Below are positions 17,033 through 26,671 of a DNA stretch of 50,335 bases, piece after piece (positions within the stretch are counted from its first letter, which is position 1; each line of letters begins with the position of its first letter). The notes under the pieces are model-generated. The model saw only the letters and a program-made list of their open reading frames with translations. It did not search any database and was not told the DNA's origin. The DNA is taken from positions 1 to 50,335 of IMG/VR virus record IMGVR_UViG_3300046171_000048; one strand, 5' to 3'. Source of the stretch: a virus. Its lineage: Duplodnaviria > Caudoviricetes. The translations under genes were made by a program, and so were the position numbers.

Positions 17033-19219
17033 ATGGGAGCAACATATACTAGACAGAGTTCCGCAACAATCGTTGATGGTGCTACTATCGAAGCATCTCA
17101 TTTTAATGCAGAGTTTGACCAAATATTAGCGGCATTTGCTGCTAGTACAGGACACACCCATGATGGAACTGCCAATGAAGGTGGGCCAATAACTAAGTTA
17201 TTAGGTAACACTTTAACATTTGGAGCAGCTACTGCAGGTACAGATATTACAATCACCTTTGATGGTGAGACTAATGATGGTGCATTAAAATGGATGGAAG
17301 ACGAAGACTACTTTGAGTTTTCAGATGACATCTTAGTTGCTACTACAGAAAAATTACAGTTTAGAGATACTGCAATATATATTAATTCTTCTGCAGACGG
17401 CCAGTTAGATTTAGTAGCAGATACAGAAATACAGATAGCAGCTACTACAGTTGATATAAATGGTAATGTAGATATATCAGGAACATTAACAGTTGCAGGT
17501 GCATTAGACTTTGGTGATGCAGCTTTATCAAATGTTGGTGCCCTACAATTAGATTCTATAGCAGGTGATGGCGATACTAATACATCTATTACATTTAGTG
17601 GTTCAGATGTTATTACAATAGCTACTGGTGGTTCAGGCAGATTAACAATAGGTGACGGAGCATTATCTCCTGTTACTGATAATCAAATAGATTTAGGTAC
17701 AAGTTCATTAGAATTTAAAGATGCGTATTTTGATGGTACAGTACATACTGATGCTATAAGTCTTGACGGAACTGCTATTACATCAACAGCAGCAGAATTA
17801 AATATTCTTGATGGGGTAACTTCTACTGCAGCAGAACTTAACTTAGTCGATGGTATAACAGCAGGAACAGTGACTGCATCAAAAGCAGTTATTGTAGATT
17901 CCAATAAAGATTTAACAGGGCTTAGAAATTTAACAATAGCAGGAGACTTAACAGTATCAGGTGATGATATTACTATGGCTACAAATACTGCAGGTAATCT
18001 TCTTGTAGCAGATGGCACAAACTTTAATTCTGTAGCTGTAGGTTCTTTATCAGAAATATCTACAGTAGCAAATGATGATGTATTCTTAGCAGTAGATACT
18101 TCAGGTGGCGGTCTTAAAAAAATTACAAGAAGTGCTGTAGTATCAGGACTTGCTACATCTAGTGCTATATCAAACTTATCAGAAGACTCTACACCACAGT
18201 TAGGGGGTAACTTAGATTTAAATGGTAATGATATTGTTACTACTTCTAATGCAGATTTAGAATTAGCACCTAATGGTACAGGACATGTAACAGTTAAAGG
18301 TAATACTAATTCTGGTGCAATACAATTTAATTGTGAACAAAATAGTCACGGACAAATTATAATAGGTGCAGCACACTCCGCAGGTGCTACTAATACTTTA
18401 ACAATACCAAGCACTGGTGGTAATTCAACTTTAGTGTCAGATGCTTCTACATCTACATTAACAAACAAAACTTTAACCTCTCCTAAGATAAATGAAGATG
18501 TAGCAGTAACTTCAACAGCTACAGAGTTAAATGTTTTAGATGGTATTACTGCAGTTGTAGGCGAATTAAATGCTTTAGATATTGGAGCCACTGCAATAGG
18601 AACAGCAGTAGCAAGTAAAGCAGTTATACTAGATGCTAATAAAGATTACACAGGTTTTAGAAATATTACTCTTAGTGGTGAACTAGATGCAGGTTCATTA
18701 GATGTTTCTGGTGATGCAGATATTGATGGCACATTAGAAGCAGATGCTATTACAATAGGAGGAGTAACTCTTGCAGAAACTATTTCTGATACAGTTGGTG
18801 CTATGGTTGGCTCTAACACAGAAACAGGTATCAGTGTAACTTATGATGATTCAGATAACACATTAGATTTTGTTATAGGTGCAGGAAGCATTGTTAATTC
18901 AATGTTAGCAGATGATGCAGTAGGAGCAGACGAGTTGGCAGCAAATGCTGTAGTCAATGCAAGTGTAGCTTCAGGTGCAGCGATTGCAGATACAAAATTA
19001 GCTACAATATCAACAGCAGGTAAAGTGGCACTAACAGCATTAGAGATTGATGGTGGTTCAGACATTGGTGCAGATTTAGCTGATGCAGATTTAATAATAG
19101 TAGATGATGGTGCAGGTGGTACTAATAAGAAAGCTGCAATATCAAGAATTAAAACATATCTATCCAGTGCAGGATTCTCACAAGAAGACCCAACAGCACT
19201 AGCGATAGCATTAGGATAA
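17033..19219 (+). CDS. tail fibre protein
   Basis: YTRQS...DG..I.A..FN.EF...GHTHDGT N-terminus; TSTAAELNxLDG repeats; TPQLGGNLDLNG; ends ALAIALG. Confidence 0.85.
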   Translation: MGATYTRQSSATIVDGATIEASHFNAEFDQILAAFAASTGHTHDGTANEGGPITKLLGNTLTFGAATAGTDITITFDGETNDGALKWMEDEDYFEFSDDILVATTEKLQFRDTAIYINSSADGQLDLVADTEIQIAATTVDINGNVDISGTLTVAGALDFGDAALSNVGALQLDSIAGDGDTNTSITFSGSDVITIATGGSGRLTIGDGALSPVTDNQIDLGTSSLEFKDAYFDGTVHTDAISLDGTAITSTAAELNILDGVTSTAAELNLVDGITAGTVTASKAVIVDSNKDLTGLRNLTIAGDLTVSGDDITMATNTAGNLLVADGTNFNSVAVGSLSEISTVANDDVFLAVDTSGGGLKKITRSAVVSGLATSSAISNLSEDSTPQLGGNLDLNGNDIVTTSNADLELAPNGTGHVTVKGNTNSGAIQFNCEQNSHGQIIIGAAHSAGATNTLTIPSTGGNSTLVSDASTSTLTNKTLTSPKINEDVAVTSTATELNVLDGITAVVGELNALDIGATAIGTAVASKAVILDANKDYTGFRNITLSGELDAGSLDVSGDADIDGTLEADAITIGGVTLAETISDTVGAMVGSNTETGISVTYDDSDNTLDFVIGAGSIVNSMLADDAVGADELAANAVVNASVASGAAIADTKLATISTAGKVALTALEIDGGSDIGADLADADLIIVDDGAGGTNKKAAISRIKTYLSSAGFSQEDPTALAIALG

Positions 19220-19230
19220 TAGGAGGATAG

Positions 19231-19578
19231 ATGGCAAATACGTTTAAAACAATAACTAAAGCAGGAGTAACTAGTGCTGATGTTATTTACACAGTAGCAA
19301 GTAGTACAACAACAGTGCTTCTTGGTATTATGATAGGTAACACAACAACTAGTCAAATTACTGTAACAGTTAGTTTGGCTTCAGATACTTCCAATAGAGC
19401 AGGAGCAAACAATGAGGCTAACCAAACAGTTGAGTTAGTAACCAATGCACCCGTTCCTGTTGGTGGTACACTTGAGTTGTTGGCAGGAAATAAAGTTGTT
19501 ATGGAAACAACAGATGCTCTTTCGCTAACATCTTCAGCAGCAGCAGACATAATTTTATCAGTAATGGAGATAACCTAG
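19231..19578 (+). CDS. small tail-associated protein
   Basis: MANTFK...YTV....TT.VLG...KVVME.TD.L...S.MEIT family found after pelagiphage-type fibres. Confidence 0.75.
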   Translation: MANTFKTITKAGVTSADVIYTVASSTTTVLLGIMIGNTTTSQITVTVSLASDTSNRAGANNEANQTVELVTNAPVPVGGTLELLAGNKVVMETTDALSLTSSAAADIILSVMEIT

Positions 19579-19579
19579 A

Positions 19580-20434
19580 ATGGCATACGTTGGTACACCT
19601 ATAGACGTAGGCAATCAATTTAGTTCTCTTGTAGGAAAGAGATTTAGTGGTGATGCTAGTACGACAGCTTTTACATTAGATGTAAGAGCAAACTCTGCAC
19701 TAGACATAGAAGTCTTTGTAGAGAATGTTCGTCAAGACCCAAATAGTGCGTACACAGTAGATGGGACTACTTTGACATTTACAGCCGCACCTCCTAGTGG
19801 CACAAATAATATTTATGTAGTTCATCAAGCACCCACTGTTGCTAGTGTTTCACCAACAGCAGGTTCTGTAACAGCATCTAGTTTTGACAATTCTGTTATA
19901 TCAGGACACACAGCTTTAGCTACTGCTCCTGCAACAACAGATGAATTTTTAATATCAGATGGAGGAACAATAAAAAGAATAGATTACTCCGTTTTAGGAG
20001 CAACTCCTGCTTTTGAAGCAAATCTAGGTTCAGACCAAACAGTTTCAGATAATACTTTTACAAAATTAAATATCAATACAGAAGTTTTTGATACAGATTC
20101 TAAGTATGATGCAAGTACAAATTATAGATTTACTCCTACTGTTGCAGGTAAGTATTTTGTTTATGGGTCTGTGCATGGAGAAACTGATGCATCTCAAATG
20201 CAACTTCAACAAGCAGCCATATATAAAAACGGAAGTGCTTACGCAACTAATATAATTGATTTTAGAAATAATAATGGTTTGCAAGCAAATGTTTTTGTTG
20301 CAGTAACAATGGATTTAGACGCAGATGATTATGTTGAGTTGTATGGAAAAATTTACAAAGGTGGTGGTTCTACAATTAAATTTTTATCAGGAACAACAAA
20401 TACTTTTGGAGCATACAGGTTAATAGGAGTATAA
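19580..20434 (+). CDS. tail fibre/receptor-binding protein with C1q-like C-terminal domain
   Basis: MAYVG..P, F.GD.STT.FTL, VENVRQDP; C-terminal PAF.A, E.FD.D..YD....RFTPTVAGKY, DYVELY. Confidence 0.75.
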   Translation: MAYVGTPIDVGNQFSSLVGKRFSGDASTTAFTLDVRANSALDIEVFVENVRQDPNSAYTVDGTTLTFTAAPPSGTNNIYVVHQAPTVASVSPTAGSVTASSFDNSVISGHTALATAPATTDEFLISDGGTIKRIDYSVLGATPAFEANLGSDQTVSDNTFTKLNINTEVFDTDSKYDASTNYRFTPTVAGKYFVYGSVHGETDASQMQLQQAAIYKNGSAYATNIIDFRNNNGLQANVFVAVTMDLDADDYVELYGKIYKGGGSTIKFLSGTTNTFGAYRLIGV

Positions 20435-20435
20435 T

Positions 20436-20777
20436 ATGGCATCATTATTTACAAAAACAAAATTATACATAGAGGCAAACTCTGCAACATGGGATGATAC
20501 AAAAGTATCTTTACAAAATGATGGGAGTGGAGATTATATTAAAACATGGTCATATAGTTTTACTAAACCAACAGATTCACAAATAGCATCTTACGAAACA
20601 GCAGGTAACACTGCTGAATCAAACGCAGCTATAGATGCAAAAAGACAAACAGAATACTTATCTTGGAGAGAACAATTAGATAAACTATACCATGATATTA
20701 ATGATGGTAAATTAGATAAGACAGGTTCTTGGTACACACATATCAAAGCAGTAAAAGACGCAAACAGTAAAGGTTAA
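20436..20777 (+). CDS. XkdW-like tail fibre chaperone
   Basis: LQNDGSGDYIK.W....KPTD.Q; R..EY.SW.EQLDKLYHD. Confidence 0.65.
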   Translation: MASLFTKTKLYIEANSATWDDTKVSLQNDGSGDYIKTWSYSFTKPTDSQIASYETAGNTAESNAAIDAKRQTEYLSWREQLDKLYHDINDGKLDKTGSWYTHIKAVKDANSKG

Positions 20778-20779
20778 TC

Positions 20780-21427
20780 ATGGCATTTGGAGAAGTTGGA
20801 ACATCACTATCCAAGATAAAAGCCAATAGCTTAAATCTTGCAGGTACATTTGGCTTTAGTGGCACAGTATCGGGATTAGCTGATGAAACACCTTTAGTAT
20901 TAATCAGCACATTTACTTCTGATGGTTCTGACTCTAATGCAACATTTACTAGTGGTATAGACTCTACATATAAAGAATATTTATTTGTGTTTAATAATAT
21001 TCATGTACAAAATGCAGGAACAATTCTTGCTTTTCATCCATCAACAGATGGCGGTAGTTCTTACGGAGTAGCTACAACTAATACTTATGTAGAAAGTCAA
21101 CATAATGAAGCAGATAATGTTGCTAGTTTAAGTTATGATGGTGACAAAGACCAAGCACAAAATACAGGTTTAATATATTTTGGCACAGCAGGAGATGCGG
21201 ACAATGATGCTTCAATGTCTGGCATATTAAGATTATATAATCCTAGTTCAACGACTTTTGTAAAACACTATGTAAGTGCTATTCAAGGCATGGAGAATGG
21301 TGACATATCTACTTTAGTATTAGGAGCAGGATATATAAACACAACCTCTGCAGTTAACACCATGAGATTTCAATTAACTTCTGGTGAAATACAAGGCGGA
21401 ACAATAGATTTATTTGGGGTAGTATAA
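20780..21427 (+). CDS. putative tail/receptor-binding protein, paralog 1
   Basis: FTSGIDSTYKEY.F.F.NIH, NPSSTTFVKH, GYINTTSAV, G.I..GTI.LFG. Confidence 0.75.
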   Translation: MAFGEVGTSLSKIKANSLNLAGTFGFSGTVSGLADETPLVLISTFTSDGSDSNATFTSGIDSTYKEYLFVFNNIHVQNAGTILAFHPSTDGGSSYGVATTNTYVESQHNEADNVASLSYDGDKDQAQNTGLIYFGTAGDADNDASMSGILRLYNPSSTTFVKHYVSAIQGMENGDISTLVLGAGYINTTSAVNTMRFQLTSGEIQGGTIDLFGVV

Positions 21428-22061
21428 TGGCACTTAGTAAATTAGCAGCAAACTCTTTTGACCTAACAGACAACTATGCTCTAACAGGCACAGTAACTGG
21501 AGTTGTATCTACACAAAAATTATTTTTAATTAAGAATATTGATGCTAGTTCAGATTCTACTATTAGTTTTGTTAATGGTTCTAGTAGTGTAGTATTAGAC
21601 GGCACATACAAAACGTATTTATTTAGATTAATTAATATACACCCTTCAAATAATACAACTACATTTTCTGTAAACTTTAGAGATGGTGGAAGTAATTATG
21701 ATGCAACTAAAACAACAACATTTTTTGCAGCTAATCATCTGAAGATGATAGTTCTACTAGTTTAGCTTATGCAACAGGTGCAGACTTAGCACAAAGCACA
21801 GGCACACAAAAAATTGCAACTTCAGTAGGTAATGATAATGATGAAAATTTTAATGGAGAATTATATTTGTTTAATCCTAGTAATACTACTTTTGTAAAAC
21901 ATTTTATAGGAGTAAATCAAATAAGTAATCACTCCGATACATCAGCACAGGAGTTTTATGCAGGATATTGTAATGTCACAGCAGCAATAGATGGTGTTCA
22001 GTTTTCAACTTCTGCAGGAACTTTTGAAACAGGGAGGATAGCATTATATGGCATTAAGTAA
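21427..22061 (+). CDS. putative tail/receptor-binding protein, paralog 2 (frameshift near 21740)
   Basis: Same motif set split over two ORFs (LDGTYK.Y.F..INIHP; FNPSNTTFVKHF; AIDGVQF; G.I.LYGI). Confidence 0.7.
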
Positions 22062-22695
22062 GATACAACCTGCATCCATGGACCTAACTGCTAATTATGC
22101 TTTTACAGGAACCAACTCTATATCATCAGTAGATTATCCAGAAAAAAAATTAGCTACACTAACAGCATCTAGTAGTGGAACATTAAATTTTACAAGTAGT
22201 ATAGATAATACTTACAATATATATAAGTTTAGATGGATTAATATCCACGGCTCTCAATCTTCTGATGCTCAGTGGTCTTTTCAAGGGAGCACTGATTCAG
22301 GTAGTAATTATAATACAGCTATGGTTACAACAGTATTTAGAGCATATCACTTTGAAGGAGATTCGGGGGCAGCCTTACAATCAAGAAGTGCTGACAATGA
22401 AGAGGGTCAATCAGGCGAGACTGCATATCAACCACTAGGCTATCAAGGCGGTGCAGTAGCAGATGAAAATTGTAGTGGTGAATTATTTTTATTTAATCCT
22501 AGTTCTACGACTTTTATGAAACATTTTGTATGTAGAAACGCTGCACAAGGATATGACTCAGGTAGTGGAGGATTTCAACAAGATTATCATGTAGCAGGAC
22601 ATTTTAATACAACATCTGCTATAGATGCTGTAAGTTTTAAATTTTCAGCAGGAAACATAGACTCAGGTACAATAGAAATGTACGGAATAAATTAA
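22048..22695 (+). CDS. putative tail/receptor-binding protein, paralog 3
   Basis: IDNTY.IY.F..INIH, FNPSSTTFMKHF, FNTTSAIDAV.F, GNIDSGTI.MYG. Confidence 0.75.
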   Translation: MALSKIQPASMDLTANYAFTGTNSISSVDYPEKKLATLTASSSGTLNFTSSIDNTYNIYKFRWINIHGSQSSDAQWSFQGSTDSGSNYNTAMVTTVFRAYHFEGDSGAALQSRSADNEEGQSGETAYQPLGYQGGAVADENCSGELFLFNPSSTTFMKHFVCRNAAQGYDSGSGGFQQDYHVAGHFNTTSAIDAVSFKFSAGNIDSGTIEMYGIN

Positions 22696-22704
22696 GGAGA
22701 AACA

Positions 22705-22992
22705 ATGCCAAGATATCATAATATAAATGGAGTTAAGGTTCAGTTCACAGCAGAAGAGGAAACTGCTCGTGATGCTGAAGAGAAAGCATGGGCTGACGCA
22801 GCTCCTGCTAGAGCCTTGGCTGAATTAAGAAGTAAAAGAAACAGATTATTAGCAGAGACAGATTATCTAGCTTTATCAGATAGTACTCTTAGTGATGATA
22901 TGAAAACATATCGACAGAATCTAAGAGACTTACCTGCAGGAAAAGATACAGTAGAGAAGTGCGAGAACGCAACTTGGCCTACTAAACCATAG
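22705..22992 (+). CDS. tail fibre assembly chaperone
   Basis: LR.KRNRLLAETD..ALSD.......YRQ.LRDLP....WPTKP. Confidence 0.85.
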   Translation: MPRYHNINGVKVQFTAEEETARDAEEKAWADAAPARALAELRSKRNRLLAETDYLALSDSTLSDDMKTYRQNLRDLPAGKDTVEKCENATWPTKP

Positions 22993-23000
22993 GAGGATAG

Positions 23001-23630
23001 ATGAGTAAGACAACAGTAGCATCAACAGGTATAGATTTAAGCGATACATTCGCTTTTACAGGAACAGTGACTGGTACACCACAAGATATAGTTAAAGTAA
23101 ATACAACCAATATAACATCTGCAAGTGTCAATACTTGTGATTTTACATCATTAAGTTCCGACTATAATCACTTTATTGTAAAAATAGCAGATTTTCAACC
23201 ATCAGGAAATAATGGACAACTTATAGTTAGATTACAAACATCGGGTAGTAGTGGTTTTAATAGTGGTAGTAATGCTTATTATAGCACTAGAACAAGAGTT
23301 TATGGAAATGCTAGTAGTTATACTACTAATCAAAGTGGTTTTCAGAATACTTATGGTGTCGCTTCATTTGGTATAAATAGTTCTGGAAATGATTATCATG
23401 ATGGAGGGTCTTATATGGATTTATATTTTAATAATGTTCATACCACAACAAAGAACAAAGGATATACTGGTATATTTTGGGGTGCAGGTGATTTTGGTTA
23501 TGCTTCTCATCAACTTGTGAGTGCATCTTATGTTGGAACTGGTAGCACAGCAGCATTAACAGGAATAAGATTTCTATCTACTAGTGGTGATATAACAGGA
23601 AGATTTAGTTTATATGGGGTTAAAACATAA
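23001..23630 (+). CDS. putative tail/receptor-binding protein, divergent paralog 4
   Basis: DLSDTFAFTGTVTG N-terminus like paralogs 1-3; ALTGIRF...G.I.G.FSLYG. Confidence 0.7.
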   Translation: MSKTTVASTGIDLSDTFAFTGTVTGTPQDIVKVNTTNITSASVNTCDFTSLSSDYNHFIVKIADFQPSGNNGQLIVRLQTSGSSGFNSGSNAYYSTRTRVYGNASSYTTNQSGFQNTYGVASFGINSSGNDYHDGGSYMDLYFNNVHTTTKNKGYTGIFWGAGDFGYASHQLVSASYVGTGSTAALTGIRFLSTSGDITGRFSLYGVKT

Positions 23631-23914
23631 TGAAAAAATATGTTAATGGAATTTTAGAAGACATGAGTGCAGAAGATATTGCTCAATACAATATTGACCA
23701 AAAAAATGCACCAAAAGAATTTGATGTAAAAATGGAATATTTAAGAGAAAAAAGAAATAGTTTATTATCTAAAACTGATTGGACAGCTAACTCAGATGTA
23801 ACCATGTCTGATGCTATGAAAACTTATAGACAACAACTTCGTGACGCTCCTAGTGGCTTAGACACAGTAGAAAAAGTAGAAGCATACACATTTCCAACAG
23901 AGGTAACTAAATAA
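23630..23914 (+). CDS. tail fibre assembly chaperone
   Basis: LREKRNSLL..TDW.ANSD.......YRQQLRD.P. Confidence 0.85.
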   Translation: MKKYVNGILEDMSAEDIAQYNIDQKNAPKEFDVKMEYLREKRNSLLSKTDWTANSDVTMSDAMKTYRQQLRDAPSGLDTVEKVEAYTFPTEVTK

Positions 23915-24858
23915 TGGCATACATAGGACAATCAATTAAAAACGGAACCTTTAGTGTCTTAGACACAAGTGGTAATACTTACAATGGTTCTAACACAACA
24001 TTTAGTTTAGGAACACAAGTAGGCTCTCCTGCACAGTTATTAGTATCTCATGATGGTGTGGTACAAAAACCGGGGACAGACTATACACTAGCCACAGGCG
24101 GGACACAGATTACATTTACCACAGCCCCTGCTAGTGGAGCATCAATATTTATTGTAGAAATATCTGGTGCAGTTGGTGGACCAATGAATACAGATATCAA
24201 TGGTGCAGAGTTTATCTTAGATGTAGATGGTGACACAAGTATCACAGCAGATACAGATGACCAGATAGATATTAAGATTGCAGGAGCAGATGATTTTAAA
24301 TTTTCAGCAAATGCAATGAATGTGTTATCAGGCTCTACACTTACAATAGATTCAGGTGCAACAATAACTAATAGTGGCACAGCTAATGGTTTTGGTATTA
24401 CAGAAGCAGATGGTTTTAGATTAATATCTGATATGTCAAGTAGTGGTGCAGTAGTTACAAATGTAGAAAGAATTGATGACGCAACATTTTCAAAAATGGG
24501 TACAGGTATGTCTGTAAGTAGTGGAGTATATACATTTCCCTCAACAGGTCTTTACCAAGTAACTGTAATTGCTACTTTGCAAATTGCAAGTTCAGATGGA
24601 TTTGCTTCAGTTGAAGGTCAAGTTTCTTCAAATAGTGGAGGTGCTTATGATACAGTTTTTGAAGCAATAGGTAATCACGAAAATTCAAATACAAAATTTG
24701 AAACGATAGCAGGAAGTTCTTTAGTTAATGTCACAGACGCATCTGCTTTTAGATTTAGATTTGTAACAGATAGTTTTTCTAGTGCAACAAATATTAATGG
24801 TAACACTGCTATTAATTATACTTCGTTCTTTTTTGTAAGATTGGGAGGTAGTCAATAA
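23914..24858 (+). CDS. tail fibre-like protein
   Basis: MAYIG, NGS.TTF.L, DGVVQ.PGTDY, LD.DGDTSITADTDDQIDI, G.MS.SSGV.TFPSTG.Y. Confidence 0.75.
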   Translation: MAYIGQSIKNGTFSVLDTSGNTYNGSNTTFSLGTQVGSPAQLLVSHDGVVQKPGTDYTLATGGTQITFTTAPASGASIFIVEISGAVGGPMNTDINGAEFILDVDGDTSITADTDDQIDIKIAGADDFKFSANAMNVLSGSTLTIDSGATITNSGTANGFGITEADGFRLISDMSSSGAVVTNVERIDDATFSKMGTGMSVSSGVYTFPSTGLYQVTVIATLQIASSDGFASVEGQVSSNSGGAYDTVFEAIGNHENSNTKFETIAGSSLVNVTDASAFRFRFVTDSFSSATNINGNTAINYTSFFFVRLGGSQ

Positions 24859-25163
24859 TGGTTAGAGATTGGTTTCAAAACGCATTACAAACTTTTAATG
24901 GTGGCGATTGGTATTCTTGGAAAAAAGAAGATAGTGAAGGAAATAAAATTCCTAACGACCAAAGAATGACTTATGCAAATATTGTAGTTATTAAAGAAGG
25001 TGCAACAATACCTAGCGAAGCTGATGTTAATGCAAAAATACAAGAATTAAAAGATTTAGAAACAGCTAAAGAAACAGATGCAACTTCAGGTAAAACTAAG
25101 TTGAAAAATCTAGGTTTAACTGATGATGAAATGCTCTTAACGAAAATAGTCAAACTTATCTAG
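24858..25163 (+). CDS. tail-fibre-associated small protein (C-terminus altered at a junction)
   Basis: P.EADVNAKI.EL...SGK.KLK.LGLTDDE. Confidence 0.65.
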   Translation: MVRDWFQNALQTFNGGDWYSWKKEDSEGNKIPNDQRMTYANIVVIKEGATIPSEADVNAKIQELKDLETAKETDATSGKTKLKNLGLTDDEMLLTKIVKLI

Positions 25164-25570
25164 CTTACTGTTTTGCAGAAAAAAAAGGCTACTCAAAGTT
25201 TGGTTCCTATACAGGTAATGGTAATGCAGATGGAACATTTTTATATTTGGGTTTTAGACCAAAATTTATAATTATAAAAAGAACAGACACAACAGGAAGT
25301 TGGTTTTTAATAGATTCTGTTAGGGATATTAATACTTTAGGTGCAGCGAACACAAAAGGCTCAGCAGAGGCACAACATCAACAATTATTTGCAGATGCAT
25401 CTGATGCAGAAGCTACTTATAACTCATCAGCAGGAGATTTTTTATCAAATGGTTACAAATTAAAAGGCACAAATGCTAGCACAAATGCAAGTGGTGGAAC
25501 ATTTATTTATTTGGCATTTGCAGAACATCCATTTGTAAGTAGTAAAGGAGTGCCAGTAACGGCAAGATAG
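25130..25570 (+). pseudogene. C-terminal fragment of a pelagiphage-type tail protein (no N-terminus)
   Basis: Frame opens after TGA at 25127: YLAYCFAEKKGYSKFGSYTGNGNADGTF.YLGFRP...DFLSNG.KL...YLAFAEHPFV.S.GVP.TAR. Confidence 0.7.
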
Positions 25571-25583
25571 GGAGGACAGAAAC

Positions 25584-25625
25584 ATGTGTGAATATTGCAA
25601 TGGTGAATGTGGGCAAGGTTGCTAA
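25584..25625 (+). CDS. 13-aa Cys-rich micropeptide MCEYCNGECGQGC
   Basis: SD GGAGGA at 25571, ATG 25584, TAATG overlap with next gene. Confidence 0.6.
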   Translation: MCEYCNGECGQGC

Positions 25626-25969
25626 TGAAAAGCGAAAAACCTAAAACACAAAGACTACCAAAAAAGAAACCTCAGGAAGAGGCTTTAAAACAAGCTAAAC
25701 TTAAACAGCTAACTAAGCCTCAACCTGAACCTAAAAAACCTAGGACAGTTGCTAAGACTACTGCTCCTATGAAGAAACGTATGAAACCTATTAGAAGTCC
25801 TATGGTAGAAGCTAATCAAACATCTAAACCTATGTCTCCTAAAATGAGAACAGATGTAGCAGCTAAACCTACTGCAGGTAGAATGACTTCTACAGATGTA
25901 TTTGAGAAAAGAAAGAAAGAAAAGAATCAAGCTATGGTTCGTAAGATGAAACCATTAAGGATTAATTAA
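25625..25969 (+). CDS. basic Lys/Pro/Met-rich protein (114 aa)
   Basis: Likely true start MKSEKPK at 25625, coupled to the micropeptide. Confidence 0.65.
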   Translation: MKSEKPKTQRLPKKKPQEEALKQAKLKQLTKPQPEPKKPRTVAKTTAPMKKRMKPIRSPMVEANQTSKPMSPKMRTDVAAKPTAGRMTSTDVFEKRKKEKNQAMVRKMKPLRIN

Positions 25970-26043
25970 TGTTAGAAAATTGTATTGCATGTGGGTGTGA
26001 CCCTTGTATATGTGATGATGAATGTGATAGTTGTGGTGCGTAG
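25969..26043 (+). CDS. 24-aa metallothionein-like peptide MLENCIACGCDPCICDDECDSCGA
   Basis: TAATG overlap with upstream gene; 7 Cys in CxxC/CxC patterns; ends 1 nt before next ATG. Confidence 0.65.
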   Translation: MLENCIACGCDPCICDDECDSCGA

Positions 26044-26044
26044 T

Positions 26045-26671
26045 ATGAAATATTTATTTATAGTTTTATTATTTTTATCTACAAAAATTTTTGCAGCAGA
26101 TACAAATACTGTGTCTAGTACTGTAGTTACAAACAATACACCACCCTACAGCAAATTCTCCATCCGTGGTGGTAAATAATAGTGATATATGCTAAGTCGG
26201 CCTATTCGGGTGCTGTGCAAACTCAAGTGTTAGGTATTAGCACAGGAGTTACAGTAAGGGATTTGAATTGTGAAATGATAAAATTATCTAGGTCATTATA
26301 TGGTATGGGTATGAAAGGTTGCTGCAGTTTCTACATTATGTGCTGACCATAGAATCTTTGACGCAATGTGGATGTCTGCAACTTATTGTCCATTTATGGG
26401 GGCTATAGGTGAAGACGCTAAATCAGGGTGGGAAGCCAATAGACACCTAGTTCCTGCAGGTAGTAAAGTATTTCTATCAAAAGTAGAAGCAGAAAAGAAA
26501 CAAGAAGAATTTACAAAAGAAGTTTTAAGAATAGAAAAAGAAGAACAAAAAAAGATTGAAGAAGAAAAACAAGCATTGATTAATGAATTAAATCAAGGAG
26601 TACACAAAGAAAGAAATGACCAGATTAAAGGAATTACTCTTGGTGGTCTTGCTTTGCTTTTGTTACTCTAG
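26045..26671 (+). CDS. secreted Cys-containing protein (several indels)
   Basis: Signal peptide MKYLFIVLLFLSTKIFA; reconstructed TPPTANSPSVVVNNSDIC, D.NCE.IKLSRSLYGMGMKVAAVSTLC.D, CPFMG.IG..A...W. Confidence 0.65.

Noticed and set aside
19580-25570. Diversity-generating retroelement or invertible shufflon
   Set aside because: No reverse transcriptase, no adenine-specific TR/VR pair, no invertase or inverted crossover sites recognised.
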